DNA of 55,601 nt, the filler included, from Basidioascus undulatus (Eukaryota), in assembly GCA_000826855.1 (NCBI GenBank). It is 4 parts of 4 records of this genome, joined end to end, with 100 filler letters (N's around TTAATTAATTAA, not from the genome) between each part and the next. Parts side by side here need not be neighbours in the genome. Positions count along the whole stretch, not along the records: positions 41,793 to 55,601 come from JTLS01000785.1; 3 more parts are not named here. The stretch is one strand, 5' to 3'. The translations under genes and the position numbers were made by a program. Under the pieces are notes generated by a model. The model had not been told where the DNA came from. It was given only the letters and a program-made list of their open reading frames with translations, and made no database searches. This document shows, piece after piece, positions 47,807-55,601 of this stretch; position 1 is the stretch's first letter; each line of letters starts with the position of its first letter.

Positions 47807-49212
47807 ATGGACACTGTACTGCAATTGGCCGACACCTACTTCCTGGATTGGGCGTGGGCGAGAATTCTCCCAGCGGCACCTTCACTCGCCTGCGCACGCT
47901 CCAACCTTCTCGCCGGCGCTGCCAATGCCGCAATTCGTCCCAGCCCACTCACGGGCAACTCCGCCCTTACTTACACCGCATCAGAGCCGGACTATATCAC
48001 GGGCGACCTTCATTCCCCATGAGAATATGCGAGCTCGCACGGGACAACATTTTCCGGCAGTTCGCGAGCTTGACTCTCCTCGTTTACGTTGGCATCCATA
48101 TCCTCTGTGCGTCTTCTTGTGTCTCTAGTTTATTCTAGCTGGAGGATAGGGTCTAAACAATAGACTATTTTGGGGTCAAGACTTCACCTGTGCCGGGGCG
48201 TCCTACTACCTCGTCTTCAACCACCACGTGATGAACCATCCGCGCTTCCTCAAGAACCAGGTCCAGCTCGATATTGCGGCGTCTATCCGCGCTTTCCTCC
48301 CGCTCACTCTCATGACCGTGCCATGGTTCGTGAGCGAGATTCGAGGACACTCTCTGCTGTACGAGCATGTGGACGAGTACAGCTGGGCGTACTTCTTCTT
48401 CTCCATCGTGTGGTTCATCCTCTTCACCGACTTCTGCATTTACTGGGTGCACCGCCTCGAGCATAGGCAGGAGGTTTACAAGTGGCTTCACAAGTGTGTT
48501 TTCTCTTCCTTTCGAATCCTCCTCGATTTATGGCTGAGCTCCTGACTCGATCGTCTCTCAGACCCCATCACAGGTGGCAAAGTGCGTGCATGTAGCGCAT
48601 TAGTGAGCAAGGAAGGCGCTGGCCTCATTGGACACTGACATCGTGGGTCTTTCATCTTCCACAGTCCCAACTCCATTTGGCGCCTACGCTTTCCACCCTC
48701 TCGATGGATATCTCCAGTCGGTGCCGTACCACCTCTTCGTCTACCTCTTCCCACTGCACAAATACCTCTACCTCGGCCTCTTTGGCTTCGTCAACCTGTG
48801 GACCATTATGGTCAGTCTTCCTCCTTCCTCCTTTTCCACTGCTGGCTGGACCGTTTATTCCATTTCGTATAGATCCACGACTCCGACATGATCTGCGGTT
48901 ACTCGCCCGAGAAGGTGATCAACGGCCCCTCGCACCACACACTGCACCACCTGTTCGTCGTTCTTCCCTTCCCGCTGACCTCTCGCAGGCGTCTTACATT
49001 CCCGACTTAACATGCTGTTTCGGTCAAGATACTTTACGTGCAATTTTGGCCAGTACTTCACATTTAGTGACCGCATGTTTGCGTCCTACCGCCAGCCCGA
49101 GAAGAGCCTCGATCTCATGCTCGAGGTCAGAGCGCTCATGGCGAGCAAGGCGAAAGCCGAAGACGGGAACGCGATAGAAGGCGGCCAGTCCGACTCAAAA
49201 AAGTTGAATTAG
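47807..49212 (+). CDS. ERG3: C-5 sterol desaturase; exon 1 apparently frameshifted (possible pseudogene)
   Basis: [96 protein letters not shown]. The ATG 47807 frame stops at 48020-48022. Confidence 0.9.
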
Positions 49213-51747
49213 ACCGTCAAATCGTAAGTATGCTTGCCTTGGCTCCTTCAGATTCCTCCACGCGCTGATCTTGCGCTGAAGCGTCTCTTTCAACTTCCTC
49301 TCCCGCAGCAGCTCTTTCTCTCCAGGAGCCTCTTCCTTAAATCGTATTATTTGCTCTTTCCCTGCAGGATCGCTTCAAAAAGCACATGTGTATATTCCCC
49401 ACCTCACCACACCGTTTTCCAATGCGCTAGCTGCTACACATGACAGAAAGATAGTTCGCATCGCGATGAAGATTTTCGGGATGCTGGCCGTTGACTGAAT
49501 GAGACGCGAAACAAGCTGAACGAGCTCCCTCAAGGTCTATACTCAAGATGTTCTTCAGCAGGGAAAGCCAAAATTATTTCGATAGTCCTGAACGTATAAG
49601 TCGGAAGTACAAACAAAAAAGCCAGTTGCGATCCTCCGCAACTGATTTGACGAAAGTCCCCGTCTTTTCGGACCATATCCTAAGTCTAGCGCCTCAGACC
49701 GCTGAGGCATCTCAGCAACTATAGAAGTAATGAAAGAAGTCATTGGACTAGAAGCTTGAGTTGCATGCAGCGGTCAGCAATCTCAAGCGTCTGGCTGTCC
49801 GGTGCTTCACTTTCGATGCCGCGAGCGCAGACTCGCACCTGGGCATGCCAAGCCTCACGCATTTGTTTGTCATGAATAAGGTTTCCGACCATATTACTGG
49901 ATTCCAGAAGATCAGCCAGTTCGCCAAATTTGTTACCCTTTCGCCGACGCTGCAGAGGGTCATCTTTGGGATCATCCACCCGCCTGAGTGGAACACGGCA
50001 CCGATTTGCAGGCTCTCAAGGATGATTTCCTGAGCCAAATGAAAACACTTGTACCCCCTTCCATTTCCCAAAAGTTGCAGTCCTATTGTGGGGCGTATTC
50101 GGTGGCGATAGAGACGAGGACTCCTGGTTAACCGACCGGGTCGTCGACGGGGCGCTTTGGGATGGAGGAGTAGGGTGATGGGAGCTTAGGAAGCTTTGGA
50201 GGGTGAAATGCTAAGAACGAGGTAGGAATATTATTTAGCTGCTATTTTGTGATGCGAGAATGCACCTCGAATAGAATGTTGATGTACGCAGCACCACCGG
50301 AGTTCAAATGTGTTGTCGACTCACATGGGGCCGCAATACGCTGTAAGCGTTAAACTCGCAAGATTAGCAGCAATACCTTCGCCTCGGCAAAATTTCGATG
50401 TTTCTCTTATGTGCTCCTGCTGGGTGCATGCAGTTGCCCGAGGAACTGCAATCACTCTCAAAAGCTTGCAGAGGTCTCAAGTAAGGACCTGCGACAGGCC
50501 CAGGTTGTTCAAGCCCACCTATGGCAGGCCCCAACAGACTGAAGCTCTTGTAAGCTCCCTTGAAGACTGAACTACCACAAAGCGCTTTACACGGAAGCTG
50601 CCCTGCGCAGCGCAATGACCGGCGCAGAAGTACTCAGTGCCGCGAAGTATGTCGCGACCTCGGTCGAAAGTCCAGGCCCCTATAAGAACTACGGAATGGC
50701 ATGGGCAGGACACCGTAGGTGCAGTAAGCTGACCGGCTCGCACACCTTGTCGGTTCTCGCGGCGTGCTGCTGACGTTGCGCGAAGTTCACATCACCACTT
50801 TCAAAGCTGAGCTGTATTGCCGCGTGCTAAGCCGCCAGAAAACAAGCTTAAGTATTTTACAGGAACTCGGACGGTTTCCAATCCAGCATCGAGATAGCTT
50901 TCTCGAGAACCGTTGTTCTCTGAACAACCTCCAGCGTCTCGACTAGCCTGCAGGCTCCCTGCTTCTTTCGTTGCTCTTCACGAATGGCAGATCAAGAACG
51001 AGTGTCCTGTTGGAGATGGTGCTCATCCCAATCTTTCTTCGCTGATAGGAAAACCGGCCTAGGTCCCGAGTGCCCAGTCCGACATTTTCCGCCTCGCAGT
51101 ATTGCACTGCCCTCGCGAATTGCAAGGCCATTTCTTCCTCCTTTTGGCTTAGACTGAACTCAAGATTTCAGGAGCTTTTTCAAGGCCCGAAAGTGCTGTT
51201 CCCGGCCTATGCTTGGTGGGTGTTGTCACTGGCACTTACATCGCAACCAGCCCCGCGGCGTCTTTCGCCCTCTTAGACCTCCCCTGTGAATGTACGGGCT
51301 TTTACCAGGCTTGTTGTAGCGTGTGTAATAGTGCTGATTGGTGGGTGGAAAGCTTCTGAAAGACGCGGCCAAGATCAGCCCACGGCTGTGCAAGGCATGC
51401 TGGGCCGAAACCCTTCGCACATCCGAAACTGCAGCTGGTCCGATAGTTCCGCAGAATAGCGCTCTCATGTCGGCCTGAAAATGCACTTGCATCATGCATG
51501 TTCACATGAGGCAATTTACGGATACTCTTTGCGGTCCATGCGAAGGCTCTACTTCCCGTAAAGGATAACGGAAAAGAAAAAGAGGCCTGAAACACCGGAA
51601 GAGGAGCGCGGGCACTCCCGGCTTCCCAGCAGCGCGGGCGCCGGATGCGCTTTGATCGCCCCGCGCTGGCAATATCAAGTCCGCGCCTTGTTCCTTGTTC
51701 CTCCCTTCTCCCACCATCTCACTTACCCTCTCACCGAGCCGCTTTAC

Positions 51748-52102
51748 CTGCCCAGCCTACGAACGCTTATTTGCGCTGTAAGTCCATCGACTCTGCGGAC
51801 ATACTCGTAATCCTACTCACGCTCGCTGTGGCTGTGCAGCTCAGCGTTAACAACCCTCTCGCTCTCACCTCCCCAGGTTTATGTTCTCCAGGTTCGTCAT
51901 CCCTCTGAGATCAGTGACATCGCTCGATGGATACTCATGCTCCGTTGGGCGCTACAGGGGTCTCAAGAGTCCTCACAACTCCCACGGTTCGTCGACGAGC
52001 GCGCTTTTTCATCTGGCAAACTGAAGGCGATGCTGACGATGTTCTCGACGGACCACAGCTGGTCAACACACCGAGGCGTGCTGCTGCTTAGCCTTCTTCT
52101 AA
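51748..52102 (+). CDS. Spliced non-AUG upstream ORF of INO1 (candidate regulatory peptide)
   Basis: Exons 51748(or 51763)-51777, 51840-51876 and 52059-52102 give (LPSLR)TLICALSVNNPLALTSPAGQHTEACCCLAFF*; no in-frame ATG. Confidence 0.6.
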
Positions 52103-52160
52103 ACGTCTCCTCGTTGCGCTTTATCCTTTACTACACCAAAAAAACACAAAAATATATACA

Positions 52161-54350
52161 ATGGCACCCGTCGCTACCAACACTTTTTACACGAACGGCC
52201 ACGCCGCCGCGTCCTCGCCCTTCGCGGCCGAGCTGTCCCCGCAGCCCGTTCACGCGACGGCGGCGCGCCGTGCGACGACGCTCACCGTCGACTCGCCCGA
52301 CGTGAGCTACACCGAGGAGGCTATCACAGCGAAGTACGAGCACCGCGGCGCACGCGTCGACCGTGACGGCGACAAGATCAAGGTCACGCCGACGGCTAAG
52401 CAGTGGGAGTTCAAGACCGCCCGCAAGGTCGGCAAGACAGGGTCAGTCCTTCCTTACTTTCTGGTCCGCATTGGGAACCACGGTCGGCTTATGCCTTATG
52501 CATTGGCAACGTTAACAGTCTCATGCTTGTCGGCCTCGGCGGCAACAACGGCACGACGCTCGTCGCGACCGTGCTTGCCAATAGGCACAACGTGTCGTGG
52601 CGCACCAAGACCGGCATTCAGACGCCCAACTACATGTGCGTATCTGCCTTTTCGAAAACCCGCATAGTGTGCACAGCTCAATCGTATCGCCCCACAGCGG
52701 CTCGGTCACGCTCGCTTCGACCGTCCGTCTTGGCTCTGACGCCGCGGGCAACGACGTCAACGTTCCTTGGACCGATGTTCTCCCGATGGTCCACCCGAAC
52801 GACCTCGTCCTCGGCGGCTGGGACATCTCGAGCGCTCCGCTCGACATCGCCATGCGCCGCGCCGAGGTCCTCGACTGGGACCTTCAGCGCCAGATCGCGC
52901 CGCTGATGGCCGAGTACAAGCCGCTGCCGTCGATCTACGTGCGTCCTTCCTGCGCTCTTTTCGAGGGTGCGGCCTTTGTTGACATGCGTCTCATACGCTA
53001 CCACAGTACCCCGACTACATCGCGACCAACCAGTCCGAGCGCGCCGACAACGTCCTCGACGCGAAGGAGTACCCGACCAAGCAGTCGCACGTCGAAAAGA
53101 TCCGTAAAGACATCCGCGAGTTCAAGGCCGCGCACGGGCTCGACACGGTCGTCGTCTGCTGGACGGCCAACACGGAGCGCTTTAGCTCGGTCGTCCCCGG
53201 CAAGACGGACACGCCCGAGAACCTGCTCAAGAGCGTCGAGGAGTCGTTCGAGGAGATCAGCCCGTCGACCATTTTTGCCATTGCCTCCATCTTCGAGGGC
53301 GCCCCCTTCATCAACGGCGCGCCGCAGAACACGTTCCTCCCCTCGGTCGTCCGCCTCGCCGAGCAGAAGAAGTCATTCATCGGCGGTGACGACCTCAAGA
53401 CTGGCCAGACGAAGGTCAAGGTGTGTCGTCTTTCCCTTAATGTGCTTCGCCTCCCGCCCACTTCCTGACTACGATTTTGTGCACGCCAGTCGGTCCTCGC
53501 CGAGTACCTCGTCAACGCTGGTATCAAACCGCTCTCGATCGCGTCGTACAACCACCTGGGCAACAACGACGGCCACAACCTCTCCGAGGACCCGCAGTTC
53601 AAGAGCAAGGAGTGAGTCCCCGCCACAACATGATGGTTCCCGCGGCGTCGGCGGTGTCTCTGACCTCACTTCTTGCGCAGGATCACCAAGCGCAGCGTCG
53701 TTGACGACATGGTAGACGCTAACCGGCTGCTCTACAAGGAGGCCGACAAGTCCAAGGGCGAGAAGAAGGGCGAGCACCCTGACCAGTGCGTTGTCTCGCT
53801 GCATTCCCCTTGCGCCGAATCGGAGTCTGAACGAGCGCCCCATTTACAGCATCGTCGTGATCAAGTACCTCCCGGCTGTCGGCGACGACAAACGTGCCAT
53901 CGACGAGTACAACAGCGAGATCATGATGGGCGGCCGCAACGTCCTGTCGATCTTCAGTGCGTTTGCTGTCCCTCTCGCCACCCGCTTCTCTTCCGCCTTC
54001 GTTACCCGCGCCACCGATGTCTAACCCGACTTTCTCCTGTCACAGACATGTGCGAAGACTCGCTGCTCGCGACGCCCCTCCTGCTCGACCTCACGATCTG
54101 GACGGAGCTCTTCACGCGCGTGACGTACCGGACCGCGAGCGAGGGCAAGAAGGACGTGGAGGGCGACTTCCAGCAGCTGCACAGCGTACTCTCGCTCCTG
54201 TCGTACATGCTCAAGGCGCCGATGACCAAGCCCGGCAACGAGGTGGTCAACTCTCTCGGCCGTCAGCGCAACGCGATGGAGGCATTCGTGAAGGCTTGCA
54301 TTGGCCTAACCCACTCGAACGACCTCAACCTTGAGTCGCGCACCAACTGA
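52161..54350 (+). CDS. INO1: Myo-inositol-1-phosphate synthase
   Basis: [89 protein letters not shown]. Confidence 0.97.
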
Positions 54351-55024
54351 GCTGGCCGCGCTGTCGCCAGCGCCAGCTCCATCAGCAGCACCGTTTCCTT
54401 TTTCCCCTCTTCTTGATTATGTTCGCCGCGGCTTTGGATGCCTTGCACATTGTAGCCTTCGCTCGGTAGAGTCACGATAGATCAGCTGCTGTCATCTTGA
54501 CTTTCTTGTGTGCGTCGCCTGAGCATGATAAGGTTGTCGGGAAAGCGTTGATGCCGAGGGGAACGACGTCTGAGGAGGAACAGACGTCGGAATGTAAGGA
54601 CGCGGCAAGTTCTACCGAGGTCAAGAGAACTTGGGGAGACCGTCAGACCGAGCGATATGCATCTTCCAGCCGGAGTGTAGTCGATGCTGCGGACTCGCTG
54701 TACAAGCGACGCGGCCGACGCTGACTGCCGACCGCTCTTCCCTGACTTCGTAACTCGCGGAAACACACATATCTGCAAAGCGCGCGTACACTGGAGATGC
54801 CCAGAGCGGAGCGGAACGTGCAGCGGTCAATGAAAGGGCGGGTGACAGAGACGGTACCGCAGGTGGAAGCTGCTGTGGTATCTTTCTTCTCTGAAACTCG
54901 CTTTTTACCTTCAAGACAGGGTTACGTTCTTCCCATCCGCCTCCCACAGCCCGCTCCTCCGCCCGCGCAATCCAGCGCAGCCAGTCCACTCCCCATGCGA
55001 CGATGCAAAGCAAGCAACCCCCAT

Positions 55025-55050
55025 CCATGCATCCATGCATCCATGCATCT
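55025..55050. repeat. 8-bp tandem repeat (CCATGCAT)x3
   Basis: ccatgcatccatgcatccatgcatc, in the 3' UTR region of TMA64. Confidence 0.7.
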
Positions 55051-55090
55051 ATCCGTCGTCCCAGCGCTCTCCCTCGCCCTCGCCCAACCC

Positions 55091-55601
55091 TCACTTCTTC
55101 TTCCCCCCCCCATCCAGCTCGATCCACCTGCGCGGGACGCCCTTGGACACGAGCAGGCGCTCGACAACGCGCGTCTGGTCGCCCTGCGCGGAGACTTCGA
55201 GTTCTTTGGGCGCGCCGGTCACGGGGTTCACTGGGGGTTTGAGGTGGGTTTGGTTAGCCATTGCGACGTCGGATCGCCGGGGGAGAGTAGGGGTGGGAAG
55301 TGGAGAAGATTCGGAAGTGAGGGGGAGGGAAGGAGGAGAAGACGAACCCGAAGTAGACGACGCGCAAACATGCTTGAGCTCCGCCGCGAGCGCGTCGGGC
55401 GCCAGCCCAAACGTCTCGAACGGCCCGCGCACGTGCGTCGTCACTTTCCTGCCTTGGCGCTGCTTGATGGAGAGGTGGAAGGGGGTTGGGCGGCCTTTGC
55501 TGCTCACATCCCCCATTCCCATCGCCAACAAAGCCGTCGCATCAGCCTTCGTCGCACAAAGGAATTGGGGAGGGGGGGCAGGAGCTGGGCGACGCTTTGG
55601 G
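55091..55601 (-). CDS. TMA64: eIF2D/Tma64 C-terminal SUI1 domain (5' part outside window)
   Basis: IKQRQGRKVTT..FETFGL..LAAELKHVCASSTS, EVSAQGDQ, KGVPRRWIE. Confidence 0.85.
   Translation of the reverse strand, partial: PKRRPAPAPPPQFLCATKADATALLAMGMGDVSSKGRPTPFHLSIKQRQGRKVTTHVRGPFETFGLAPDALAAELKHVCASSTSGSSSPPSLPLTSESSPLPTPTLPRRSDVAMANQTHLKPPVNPVTGAPKELEVSAQGDQTRVVERLLVSKGVPRRWIELDGGGKKK

Noticed and set aside
50600..51200. Possible MYND-finger remnant on the minus strand (KKDWDEHH)
   Set aside because: Cysteine ligands are absent and there are multiple stops; the similarity is too weak.
52597..53715. 372-aa plus-strand ORF inside INO1
   Set aside because: Reads through introns and is mostly off-frame; explained by the spliced INO1 model.
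1..55601. tRNA, rRNA or CRISPR arrays
   Set aside because: None recognised; the only rRNA similarity is the short antisense snoRNA guide.

Overview
Intron-rich, GC-rich fungal genomic DNA, most likely a basidiomycete (GTGCGT/GTGAGT/GTAAGT donors, CTGAC/CTAAC branch points, 50-100 nt introns). It is four contigs joined by artificial N44-TTAATTAATTAA-N44 linkers at 13838, 27774 and 41693, so adjacency across those points is not evidence of synteny. Genes I could splice or recognise by hand: an FMO-like monooxygenase, PRP46, a membrane protein, EAF3, a GVP36-like BAR protein, BFA1/byr4, a small secreted 8-Cys protein, a 26-exon sugar porter, TAF8, an F-box-like protein, SWC4, a fungal-specific transcription factor, a 29-exon OPT/YSL transporter, a DUF3112-like protein, PMS1, an RNase H, ERG25, ERG3, INO1 and TMA64/eIF2D. 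Main findings: (1) a spliced three-exon uORF with no AUG in the INO1 leader; (2) a U2-type AT-AC intron needed to rebuild the FGYDQG motif of the sugar porter; (3) a head-to-head ERG25/ERG3 pair with an SREBP-like site, both carrying frameshifts, among other decaying genes; (4) an intron-encoded box C/D snoRNA whose guide predicts 18S Gm562; (5) a lone premature TAG in an otherwise intact gene; (6) an EAF3 start codon split by an intron. All family assignments come from motif recognition by eye; no database searches were run.
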